DNA from: Bacillota bacterium
GTDB taxonomy: Bacteria > Bacillota > Sulfobacillia > Sulfobacillales > JAIMBI01
Assembly (NCBI GenBank): GCA_021820465.1
Contig: JAKADP010000003.1
Location: 2,183-66,182 of the forward strand
Length of the DNA stretch: 64,000 nt
Reading direction: 5' to 3'
In this document: positions 56,243 to 64,000 of the stretch, one piece after another
How the letters are laid out: every line of letters starts with the position of its first letter
How positions within the stretch are numbered: the first letter of the stretch is position 1
Program-made: the position numbers and the translations under genes
Notes under the pieces: model-generated
Databases searched by the model: none
Seen by the model: the letters and a program-made list of their open reading frames with translations, nothing else
What the model was told of the DNA's origin: nothing

Positions 56243-57457
56243 TTACCCCTCGCCCACGCCAAGGTCGCTCACCGCGGCGCTGAGCCGGCCGCCCACCGCG
56301 GACCACGCCCCCGCGCCCAGCAGGAGCCCGGCCAGCAGCATCAAGGACGCGGGAGCCCCCAGCGCACCGCCCGCGCCCCCAAAGAAGCGCGCCCCCAGCC
56401 GCTCGGCGGCCGAGAGCGTGTGGCTGGACCCGCTCACCGCCCCCAGGTCCTCGTCGGGTGTGTGGGCCTGCATGGCGGCACCCAAAACGGGGTACCCGCC
56501 CGCCAGCGCCCCATCCATCAAAAACATGGCTGCGGAGGCAGCGACGACGCTGCGTGAGATGGCCAGCAGCGCCATCCCCGCCGCCGCCGCCACGGTGAAG
56601 GCGGCCAGCACGCTCCGCCATGGCCAGCGCCCTAGGCGCGACAGCAGCGCCACGCTGGCCACGTCCCCCACGCCAGCCGCCGACAGGATGATCCCTGCGT
56701 CGCCAACCGTGAGGCCGGGCGTGTGCTGTACGAGGACCAGCACCAGAATAAACGCCGCCCCGCTCAATTCGTAAGCCAGCCGGATGCCGGCCACGAGGCG
56801 CAGACGGTCGCGGCGCCACAGGGCCCGAAACCCCTCATGCCAGCGGACGGTGGCCCCCGCCGGGCGCTCGCCCGCCCCCGCCCCTGCAGGAGCCACCCGT
56901 GACAGCACTAGCGCCGCAGCGCCCAGCGCCGCGCCGTTGACCAAGAGGACGGGTGCGCGGCCTCCCGCCATCAGCAGCCACCCTGCCGCCAGCGGCCCGA
57001 TCACGGTGGCCAGGGCATCGGCCCCCTCCAGCAGCCGGTGGGCTTCGGGCAGCCAGCGGCGCCCCACGGCCCCGGGCAGCCACGCGGAGAATGCCACGCC
57101 ACGGGTGGTATCAGCGGCACCCACCGCAAGCGCCGCCGCGCCTAGAATGGGCGCACGCAGTTCATGGCCCGCGGCCACCCAGGCCAAGAGGACCCACACC
57201 AGCGCCTCGGCCGCTGTACCTGCCACCGCCCAGGCCTGCCGCCGCCGCGCGGACAAGCGCGCGCCCATCACGCCGGAGAGCAGCAGCGGGGGCACCTGCT
57301 CCAGGGCCAGCACCAGCCCGGCCTCCCACGCCGACCCGCTGAGCCTCAGAACAATCCATGGGAGCACCAAGTTGCCGAAGCGGCTGCCCAGCACCATGAA
57401 CAGCCAGCTGGCCCAAATGTGGCGCAGGGCCTTGGGATGCTGGTGGGTAGGCCACAA
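56243..57457 (-). CDS. MFS transporter
   Basis: 404-aa polytopic protein with an MFS_3-like N-terminus (FMVLGSRFGNLVLPWIVL). Confidence 0.75.
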   Translation of the reverse strand: MWPTHQHPKALRHIWASWLFMVLGSRFGNLVLPWIVLRLSGSAWEAGLVLALEQVPPLLLSGVMGARLSARRRQAWAVAGTAAEALVWVLLAWVAAGHELRAPILGAAALAVGAADTTRGVAFSAWLPGAVGRRWLPEAHRLLEGADALATVIGPLAAGWLLMAGGRAPVLLVNGAALGAAALVLSRVAPAGAGAGERPAGATVRWHEGFRALWRRDRLRLVAGIRLAYELSGAAFILVLVLVQHTPGLTVGDAGIILSAAGVGDVASVALLSRLGRWPWRSVLAAFTVAAAAGMALLAISRSVVAASAAMFLMDGALAGGYPVLGAAMQAHTPDEDLGAVSGSSHTLSAAERLGARFFGGAGGALGAPASLMLLAGLLLGAGAWSAVGGRLSAAVSDLGVGEG

Positions 57458-57528
57458 GGGCGTCTATCTCCCTTCCGCCTGTCCACACCGTGCCGTGGCC
57501 GGCGTGGACCCATCAGCGGCGCTCCTGG

Positions 57529-58500
57529 CTATACCTCGGGAAGGTCCATCCCAAATGCCTCGCGGAACGGCGGGGTCGGAGGGTAGAGGCCGGTCGACAG
57601 GTATCGGTCGCCGCCATCGGGGAACATGATGACCACCGTGCGGCCGCGCCCGCCGGTTTCCAGCAGCACCTGCCGCGCCGCCGCGTAGGCGGCGCCCGAC
57701 GAGATGCCGGCCAACAGCCCCTCGTGCTGCGCGAGCCACCGGGTGGTGGACCACGCGTCATCGTCGGTCACCGCGACCACGCGGTCAATGACCGAGCGAT
57801 CCAGGATGATGGGCACAAAGCCCGCCCCAATGCCCTGGATGTTGTGCGCACCCGGCGGCCCGCCAGACAGCACCGCCGATGTGGCGGGCTCCACCGCCAC
57901 CATCTCGAGAGTGCGCCGGCGGTTCTTGAGATACCGCCCCAACCCCGTGACCGTCCCCCCGGTCCCCACGCCGGCCACCACCATGTCGACCCGGCCGTCC
58001 GTAGCCGACCAAATCTCGGGCCCGGTCGTGCGCTCATGCACCCGCGGGTTGGCCGGATTTTCGTGCTGGCGCGTCATGTACGCATTGGGCAGAGCTGCCT
58101 CAATGGCTTTGGCGCGCGCCACCGCCCCGGCCGTTCGCTCGGCGCGGGGGCTCTCCACCACCGTGGCGCCATACGCCGAAAACAACTGGCGCCGCTCAAT
58201 GCTCTGGCCTTCGGGCATCACCAGCACCAGCCGATAGCCCCGCGCTGCTGCCAGCATCGCCAGCGCAATCCCCGTGTTGCCCGAGGTGGCTTCCACCAAC
58301 ACGCTGCCTGGCTGAATCCGCCCTCGCTCCTCGGCGTCCTGAATCAGGGCCCAAGCCGTCCGGTCCTTCACGGAGCCCCCCGGATTTTGCCGCTCCAGCT
58401 TGGCCCACACCGTGGCCCCCGTTTCCTGCGACAGCGCGCTCAGCGGCACTAACGGCGTCTTGCCGACGAGGCCCAGCACGGCGCCTCCTGGCTCGGTCAT
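57529..58500 (-). CDS. cysK: cysteine synthase (O-acetylserine sulfhydrylase)
   Basis: Track ORF trimmed to ATG 58500. KLERQNPGGSVKDR (PLP Lys), TSGNTGIALA and GVGTGGTVTG are motifs. Confidence 0.85.
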   Translation of the reverse strand: MTEPGGAVLGLVGKTPLVPLSALSQETGATVWAKLERQNPGGSVKDRTAWALIQDAEERGRIQPGSVLVEATSGNTGIALAMLAAARGYRLVLVMPEGQSIERRQLFSAYGATVVESPRAERTAGAVARAKAIEAALPNAYMTRQHENPANPRVHERTTGPEIWSATDGRVDMVVAGVGTGGTVTGLGRYLKNRRRTLEMVAVEPATSAVLSGGPPGAHNIQGIGAGFVPIILDRSVIDRVVAVTDDDAWSTTRWLAQHEGLLAGISSGAAYAAARQVLLETGGRGRTVVIMFPDGGDRYLSTGLYPPTPPFREAFGMDLPEV

Positions 58501-58798
58501 GGGATCCCCCCCGCTTGGGAATAGTGACGGGACACACGCCATCGGCCGTCCGACGAGGTCGGCTCGTCAGGTACGATCCCCCCGGCGGTTCCTCGGATTC
58601 CGGTGGGGCCGCTCCCGCGGCAGGTTGCGGCCGGCCTTGAGCCACGGAGACACAAACGGCGCCACCCGCGCAACCTGCCGCGGCCGGCGCCACGCCATCC
58701 ATACCACTGCTGCCACAAACACAGCGATCCCCACACTCAGCCAGGGCACCGCACTCGCCCCCCGGCCGTGCTGAGATTCCAAGACACCGCGACCCCGC

Positions 58799-59059
58799 TT
58801 AGTGGTTCTCCTCGGTGCTGTTCGTCGCCGGGCTCGAGCCGTCCGCGCGCGCTCCGCTCGGCGCTCCCGTGGCATCGTAGGACATGGGATACGTGGGCGC
58901 CTTGCCCGGCTCATCCATCACGCCCGACATGGCTCCCCGAAACTCACGAATCGCGCGCCCGAGTCCTGACCCAATCTCCGGCAGCCGCTTCGGTCCAAAA
59001 ACCAACAGCGCCACAATCAGGAGCAGGACAATGTGCACTGGCGTCAACAAGTCGCCCAT
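58799..59059 (-). CDS. tatA: twin-arginine translocase TatA/E family protein
   Basis: MGDLLTPVHIVLLLIVALLVFGPKRLPEIGSGLGRAIREFR. Confidence 0.85.
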   Translation of the reverse strand: MGDLLTPVHIVLLLIVALLVFGPKRLPEIGSGLGRAIREFRGAMSGVMDEPGKAPTYPMSYDATGAPSGARADGSSPATNSTEENH

Positions 59060-59136
59060 CCTGGGCACCTTCTCTCTTTATGACCCCCAGCCGACCCGAC
59101 GATTCAGTATACCGCAGCCCGGCCGACCCATGCTCC

Positions 59137-59862
59137 CTACACGCGCGGATGCGCGAGGCGCTCTCGATGCGCGGCCCACTCGCAGTCGTCCTGGAGCGGA
59201 GGCAGGTCGGACACCCCGGTGCGCCGGACCTGCGCCTGCGCCAGCAACCAGTCCGCCAGATGGGGGTTCTTGGGCAAGAGCGACCCGTGCAGGTAGGTGC
59301 CCACCGCATGTAGCCTGACCGCGCCCTCCGTGCCGTCGCGCCCGTTGTTGCCCGCCCCCGTCGTGACCCGCGCCAGCGGAGCCTGGCCCGCGTGCAGCGC
59401 CGTCTCGCCGGCGTGGTTCTCAAAGCCCACCAGCGTGGAGGGCTCGAGCGGCAGGGTGGCCACGGCAATGACATTGCCCACGTGCCGCCCATGGACGCCC
59501 GCGCGCGTGGTGGCATCAAACCACCCCACCCCCGGCAGCACCCGGCCATCCTGCGCTTCGTACTCGCGGCCCAGCAGCTGAAACCCTCCGCACACCGCCA
59601 GCAGGGGCAGTCCATCCGCCAGCGCGGCCGCCAGCCCGTCCCGCCGGGACACCAGATCTTCCGCGATCCATGCCTGGTGGCGGTCCTCGCCCCCTCCAAT
59701 AAAGGCCACGTCCACATCGGCCCACGACACCGCGTCCCCCGGCCCCACATCCAGCACAGACACGTCCCAGCCACGCCACTCGGCACGGCGGGCCAGCGCC
59801 AGCACGTTTCCGCGATCGCCGTACAGGTTCATCTCGCGGGGATAGAGATGCACAATGGTCAT
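59137..59862 (-). CDS. CobQ/GatD-like type 1 glutamine amidotransferase
   Basis: Track ORF trimmed to ATG 59862. MTIVHLYPREMNLYGDRGN, LAVCGGFQLLG (nucleophile Cys) and TYLHGSLLPKNP resemble GatD. Confidence 0.7.
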   Translation of the reverse strand: MTIVHLYPREMNLYGDRGNVLALARRAEWRGWDVSVLDVGPGDAVSWADVDVAFIGGGEDRHQAWIAEDLVSRRDGLAAALADGLPLLAVCGGFQLLGREYEAQDGRVLPGVGWFDATTRAGVHGRHVGNVIAVATLPLEPSTLVGFENHAGETALHAGQAPLARVTTGAGNNGRDGTEGAVRLHAVGTYLHGSLLPKNPHLADWLLAQAQVRRTGVSDLPPLQDDCEWAAHRERLAHPRV

Positions 59863-60061
59863 CCGCACAGCCGAAGCCTCCCCGAAAAGTTTTCGCGGGC
59901 CGCACCCGCCGCCGGATGGGTCACGTCTCTGTGCGCAGTATGTCACAGCGGCGCGGCCGCTCGGCAAATGGCAGCACAAGTTTGACCCGGCCCCGCACCG
60001 TGCGCCAGCATGAGGCCGAACAACGCGTGCGTGGTGCGCCACGGGTGGGAGCGGAGGTTCC

Positions 60062-60634
60062 ATGCAGCAGTACTGGGTGCCATTTTGGGACATCATGCGG
60101 ACGCGCGAGATTGAAGTGCTGGCCCGCCGGCGATTGCACCATCTGACACGGGGCGCCTACGAAGTGTCGGAAGTGTTGCCCTGCCGCCTGAATCAGGTGG
60201 TAACCACCACGGTGTGCTGGTGTGGCACGCGTCCCATTTTGATCCTCTCGACGGCCGACGTGCGCATCGACTACCGCATTTTCGTGCGGTGGTTTGGATA
60301 CGAAGTGCGCCCCGCCACCTCCACCGAAGTGTCAGCGCTGACGTCTGCCCACCTGCAGGGGGTGCCTCCGGGGGGGCTCCCTTACATGATGCCCGTTTTT
60401 CTGGATGATGTGCTGCTGGAGTCTGACTCACTCTGGATTCCTGCCGGCGACCCGTCGGTGTGGGTGCGCGTGGTGCCGCGTGACGTGGTCAAAGTCTCCG
60501 GAGCCTTCCCGGTCTCCATCCGGCTGGCTCCGCCGGCCCGGGATGAGCGGTACAGCTACTACGCCGTCAGCCGGCTGAATGCCCAGGGGGTCCTGGAGCC
60601 GGCGGAGCCGGCCGTGCGGTCAGGAACCGACTAA
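60062..60634 (+). CDS. YbaK/EbsC-like (aminoacyl-tRNA editing domain-like) protein
   Basis: The central region VVTTTVCWCGTRPILILSTADVRIDY...LQGVPPGGLPYMMPVFLDDVLLESDSLWIPAGDPSVWVRV fits the YbaK pattern. Weak call. The 3' end overlaps menH convergently. Confidence 0.45.
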   Translation: MQQYWVPFWDIMRTREIEVLARRRLHHLTRGAYEVSEVLPCRLNQVVTTTVCWCGTRPILILSTADVRIDYRIFVRWFGYEVRPATSTEVSALTSAHLQGVPPGGLPYMMPVFLDDVLLESDSLWIPAGDPSVWVRVVPRDVVKVSGAFPVSIRLAPPARDERYSYYAVSRLNAQGVLEPAEPAVRSGTD

Positions 60635-61439
60635 CCAAGGCCGCGAGCTCCCCGGGCGCCTCCAGCGGCACCCGGTGTCCCACACCCCCCACGATTGCCA
60701 GCTCTGCCCCCGGCATCACCGCGGCCATCGCCCGCATCGCGGCGGCATACTTCTCGTCGCGGCTGCCGGCCACGAGAAGCGTGGGCACCCGCCAATCGCG
60801 CAGCAGGGGCCCGCTGTCCACCTGCACGCCCGCTCCGGTATGGCGGAGGCTCGCCGCAATGCCCGCCGGCTGGTGCCGCCGCCGGTCGTGCACCAGGCGG
60901 CGCCGCTCCCCTGGCGTCAGCGGGCGCCCGCTAGCCAGCACCGGCGTGTCGTCCCACCGGGCCAGGAAGCCGTCAAGGCCGCCCTCGTCGATCTGGTCAG
61001 CCAGCCGACCATCCGCGCGCCGCCGGGCCTGCCGCTCCTCCGGATCGGGAATGCCGGCCGACGTGCTCACGAGGACGAGGCGCGCCACGCGCTCCGGAGC
61101 GGCCGCCGCCATGCGGAGCGCGATGCGGCCGCCCATCGAGTACCCCACCAGGGAAAACGGGTCACGGCCGACCGCCGCCATCAGCGCCAGCAAATCGCGG
61201 GCGAGGCCGTCCGGGTTGAGGCGCTGGGCATCGGCGGGGATTCCCGAGCGCCCATGGCCGTACAGGTCGGGCCGCACCACGTGATGCTGCCGCCGCAGCA
61301 CGCGCGCCAAGGGCTGCCAGGTCGCGTGCGTGCCCAGAAACCCGTGCAGCATCAACACGGGCGGCGCATCCCGGTCCCCGGCCCCCGTGTACCAGAGCGC
61401 CTGCGGCCGCCGGGTGCCCGGCGCCTCAAACCAGGGCAT
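60567..61439 (-). CDS. menH: alpha/beta hydrolase, SHCHC synthase-like
   Basis: Track ORF trimmed to ATG 61439. LMLHGFLGTHATW, the GYSMGGRIAL nucleophile elbow and GHRVPLEAP. Lies immediately after menD. Confidence 0.75.
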   Translation of the reverse strand: MPWFEAPGTRRPQALWYTGAGDRDAPPVLMLHGFLGTHATWQPLARVLRRQHHVVRPDLYGHGRSGIPADAQRLNPDGLARDLLALMAAVGRDPFSLVGYSMGGRIALRMAAAAPERVARLVLVSTSAGIPDPEERQARRRADGRLADQIDEGGLDGFLARWDDTPVLASGRPLTPGERRRLVHDRRRHQPAGIAASLRHTGAGVQVDSGPLLRDWRVPTLLVAGSRDEKYAAAMRAMAAVMPGAELAIVGGVGHRVPLEAPGELAALVSRFLTARPAPPAPGPPGHSAG

Positions 61440-63129
61440 GCCACACCTCCGCCAGGTCATTCGCCAGCCACGCCTGGGTCTCCGCCAGCCAGGCGGCATA
61501 CCCGGGCCGCGGCATGGTGTGCCAGTCCACAATCTCGAGGCCGCCTTGGCGCTGGCCCGCGGCCAGCGCGGCCGCCGTCTCCGCCCACGTGGACGTTTTC
61601 TCATAGCGGCCGCCGTACAGGGTCGCCACGCCGGACAGCTCCAGCCCGTGCGGCGTCCCGAACAAGCGCTCAAACGACTCGGGGGGGAGCCCCGCCTGAG
61701 GCAAGGTGTTGAAGATGCCGCCCCCGTCGTTGTTGGCCACCAGCACCGTCGCCGCGAGGCCACCGAGCCGGACCGGCAGCCAGCCGTTGACGTCATGGAT
61801 GAATGACAGGTCCCCCACCACCAGCAGGAGCCGCTGGCCACGGGCTGCCGCCAGCCCCAATCCTGTAGACGCCACGCCGTCAATCCCGCTCACGCCTCGA
61901 TTGCCAAACAGCAGGAAGCGCTGAGATCCGGCAAACCACTGGTCCAAGTCCCGCACCGGCAGGCTGTTGCCCACCATCACCAGCGCGTCGGCGGGCACCA
62001 CCGACGCCAGCGCGTGGGCCCAGTGGCTGGACAGGTCCCCCGGTGCGTCGGCGATCCGGCTCGCCAGCCTGGCCGCGGCCAGCTCGTCCAGATGCGTCCA
62101 CGCCTGCTGCCAAGCCGCGCGGCGCGACGCTTGGAGCGGCCAGGGCCATGGCTCGTCATCCCACGCCTCCAGATCCGCGGGCACCCACACCACCGCGGAG
62201 CCCCCCGGATCCCGCCAAGACCCTTCCGCGTCCACGACTGCGGTGGGCACTTGGGCCATCAGCTGATTGGCGGCCTTCGACGTCGGCGCAGGGCCCACGC
62301 GGACGATCTTAGCCGGCCGGCACTCCTGGGGCAGCGCCCGGGCCAGCCAGTCAAAGGTGGCGATCGTGGGAATGCGCCCTCGCAAGTTGGAGAGGGGGTC
62401 GGCCCACACCGGCCACCCCCACCGGTCCGCCAGCCGCGCGATGGTAGAGCGGGCGCCCAGCAAGCTGTCGGCGCCGGCCACGATCACCCCGCGCGGCTCG
62501 CCAGCCGCAAACGCGTCCAAGGCCCCCCAGTCCGTGGTGCGAGCCAGCCGCGCCACGGATGGGCGCGGCCGCTGGGCATCGGCTGCAGGCCACTGGGGCA
62601 CGAGCGGCTCGCGCACCGGCACGTTCACCTGCACGGGTCCGGCCGGAGCGCTGCTGGCCGTCTGGGCCGCCCGCACGCCGGCCATGACCCAGTGGGCCCT
62701 GGGCGCCGCCCGGTCGGGGACCGGCAAATCCCAGGTCGCCTTGGCCGCCGACCCAAAGAGATTCACCTGATCGATCGTCTGCGGCGCGCCCACCTGACGA
62801 AGCTCAGGCGGGCGGTCGGCGGACAGCACCACGAGGGCGCCGCCACCGTGGCGGGCCTCCAGGACGGCCGGCAGGAGGTTGCCCACGGCCGTGCCCGAGG
62901 TCGTGAGGACCACGACGGGGCCCCGCTGCCCGCGGGCCAGCCCCAGCGCAAAGTAGGCGGCCGACCGCTCGTCTAGGTGCATCCAGACGCGGATAGCGGG
63001 ATGGCGGTCCAGCGCCAGCGCGAAGGGCGTGGAGCGCGACCCGGGGCAAACCACCGCGGCTCGCACGCCACCAGCCGACAGCCCCTCGACCAGTCCTGCC
63101 GCCGCGTCACCCAAGGGGTCGCCAATCAC
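61426..63129 (-). CDS. menD: SEPHCHC synthase (2-succinyl-5-enolpyruvyl-6-hydroxy-3-cyclohexene-1-carboxylate synthase)
   Basis: 567-aa ThDP enzyme: VVCPGSRSTPFALAL, TSGTAVGNLLPAVLEA, GNRGVSGIDG. The GTG overlaps the menF stop (GTGA). Confidence 0.9.
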   Translation of the reverse strand: MIGDPLGDAAAGLVEGLSAGGVRAAVVCPGSRSTPFALALDRHPAIRVWMHLDERSAAYFALGLARGQRGPVVVLTTSGTAVGNLLPAVLEARHGGGALVVLSADRPPELRQVGAPQTIDQVNLFGSAAKATWDLPVPDRAAPRAHWVMAGVRAAQTASSAPAGPVQVNVPVREPLVPQWPAADAQRPRPSVARLARTTDWGALDAFAAGEPRGVIVAGADSLLGARSTIARLADRWGWPVWADPLSNLRGRIPTIATFDWLARALPQECRPAKIVRVGPAPTSKAANQLMAQVPTAVVDAEGSWRDPGGSAVVWVPADLEAWDDEPWPWPLQASRRAAWQQAWTHLDELAAARLASRIADAPGDLSSHWAHALASVVPADALVMVGNSLPVRDLDQWFAGSQRFLLFGNRGVSGIDGVASTGLGLAAARGQRLLLVVGDLSFIHDVNGWLPVRLGGLAATVLVANNDGGGIFNTLPQAGLPPESFERLFGTPHGLELSGVATLYGGRYEKTSTWAETAAALAAGQRQGGLEIVDWHTMPRPGYAAWLAETQAWLANDLAEVWHALV

Positions 63130-64000
63130 GACCCACCCGCCAGCGCCTGCACCATGACCGCCAGCTTCTGACTCGACTCCGCAAGTTCCTGGTCCGGATT
63201 AGATCCCCGAACCAGCCCGCAGCCCGCAAACAGCCGCACCCGACGCCCACGCACCCAAGCCGACCGGAGGCCGACGTAAAACGCCCCCGACGCTCCTCCC
63301 ACCTCGGCCAGGCCGACGGGCCCGGCATACCAGCCGCGCGGCGTCGCTTCCAGCCGGTGCTGCCAGGCCAGCGCAGCCCCGGGCGGCTCGCCTCCGACGG
63401 CCGGCGTCGGATGGAGCGCCCCCACGACGTCGTACAGGCCATGCTCTGGCCTCAGCCAACCCGAGACCGGCGTCACCAAGTGGCGCACGGGCCCCGCGCG
63501 CACCGCCCGAATGGGATCCGTCACCACGCCGTCCGCCACCCGCCCCAGCCGGCGCGCAATCGCCTCCACCACCACCCGATGCTCGCGGCGGTCCTTGGTG
63601 CGCCCCAACAGCACGCCCGGATCCGCATCGGCGCGCTCGGTGCCCGCCACCGCCTGCGTGAGCACGCGCCGGCCTTCGACCCTCGCCAACAACTCCGGCG
63701 TCGCCCCCAGAAAGACGCCGCCCGCCTGGCGCACCAGGAACACACTGGCGGCCGCATCGTGGGTCAGGGCACGCCACAGCGCGTCCAGGTCCACCGGCGC
63801 GGCCAGCCCGAGGTCGACGGCCCGCGCCAGCACCACCTTCCCCACGCGGCCGCGGTCGAGGGCGCGCACAACCACTCCCACCTGGTCCCGCCACCGCTCG
63901 GGGCGCGGGACGAAGCGGGTCGTGAGGAGTGTCGCGCCCGGAGCAGACTGGGCCGCCCGCGGCACGCACGGACCGGGCGCAGGCAGCCGGACAGGCTCCG
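63126..64000 (-). CDS. menF: isochorismate synthase (C-terminal chorismate-binding part; 5' end beyond right edge)
   Basis: GTPELLARVEG, LHPTPAVGG, GWYAGPVG and the menD/menH context. The frame stays open to position 64000. Confidence 0.8.
   Translation of the reverse strand, partial: EPVRLPAPGPCVPRAAQSAPGATLLTTRFVPRPERWRDQVGVVVRALDRGRVGKVVLARAVDLGLAAPVDLDALWRALTHDAAASVFLVRQAGGVFLGATPELLARVEGRRVLTQAVAGTERADADPGVLLGRTKDRREHRVVVEAIARRLGRVADGVVTDPIRAVRAGPVRHLVTPVSGWLRPEHGLYDVVGALHPTPAVGGEPPGAALAWQHRLEATPRGWYAGPVGLAEVGGASGAFYVGLRSAWVRGRRVRLFAGCGLVRGSNPDQELAESSQKLAVMVQALAGGS

Noticed and set aside
58567-58749. Possible 60-aa single-TM protein downstream of tatA (VPWLSVGIAVFVAAVVWMAW...)
   Set aside because: It has only a weak G-run RBS and a basic low-complexity tail. 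I could not support it beyond one hydrophobic segment.

Overview
Very GC-rich bacterial chromosomal window (GC judged by eye, not computed), densely coding and mostly on the minus strand. The signals look Bacillota-like: Cheo-type LexA boxes (GAAC-N4-GTTC), a sortase, a yng-type leucine-catabolism operon and menaquinone genes. The taxon is inferred only. Because of the GC content, the ORF track holds many long antisense shadow ORFs. I kept only frames with recognisable family motifs, RBS-supported starts or start/stop coupling. Main content, left to right: (1) acyl-CoA ligase (partial) plus the molybdoenzyme maturation genes mocA, xdhC and coxG. (2) Envelope genes (deacetylase, MFS, MGDG-synthase-like glycosyltransferase). 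(3) pheA, an AlkZ/YcaQ-like glycosylase, an OYE reductase and a rhodanese. (4) Thiamine genes: thiO alone, and a TPP-riboswitch-controlled cytX-thiE-thiS-thiG-thiF operon. (5) An IS110-family element directly upstream of that riboswitch. (6) A sortase with a tandem-repeat secreted substrate. (7) A frameshifted threonine aldolase. (8) An ECF sigma/anti-sigma pair downstream of a 7-tRNA cluster. (9) Two Gfo/Idh/MocA oxidoreductases and a GAF-GGDEF protein. (10) SOS mutagenesis genes (dnaE2, and imuB-like plus a small coupled ORF), each behind its own LexA box. (11) An acyl-CoA dehydrogenase/BCCP/carboxyltransferase/HMG-CoA lyase/hydratase operon. (12) A degraded accessory island (IS3-type fragments, truncated SF2 helicase, yefM-yoeB, orphan RelE/ParE-like toxin). 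(13) A marR-ABC exporter-oppC-oppB run. (14) cysK, tatA and menF-menD-menH. The most interesting observation is a glutaredoxin/NrdH-like gene, absent from the ORF track, whose CxxC motif reads TGA-G-D-C. It has a hairpin 15 nt downstream of the TGA, and a 94-nt UCA-anticodon tRNA (tRNA-Sec, selC) lies 7 kb away. This is a candidate selenoprotein, with pseudogene as the alternative. I saw no rRNA and no CRISPR array.
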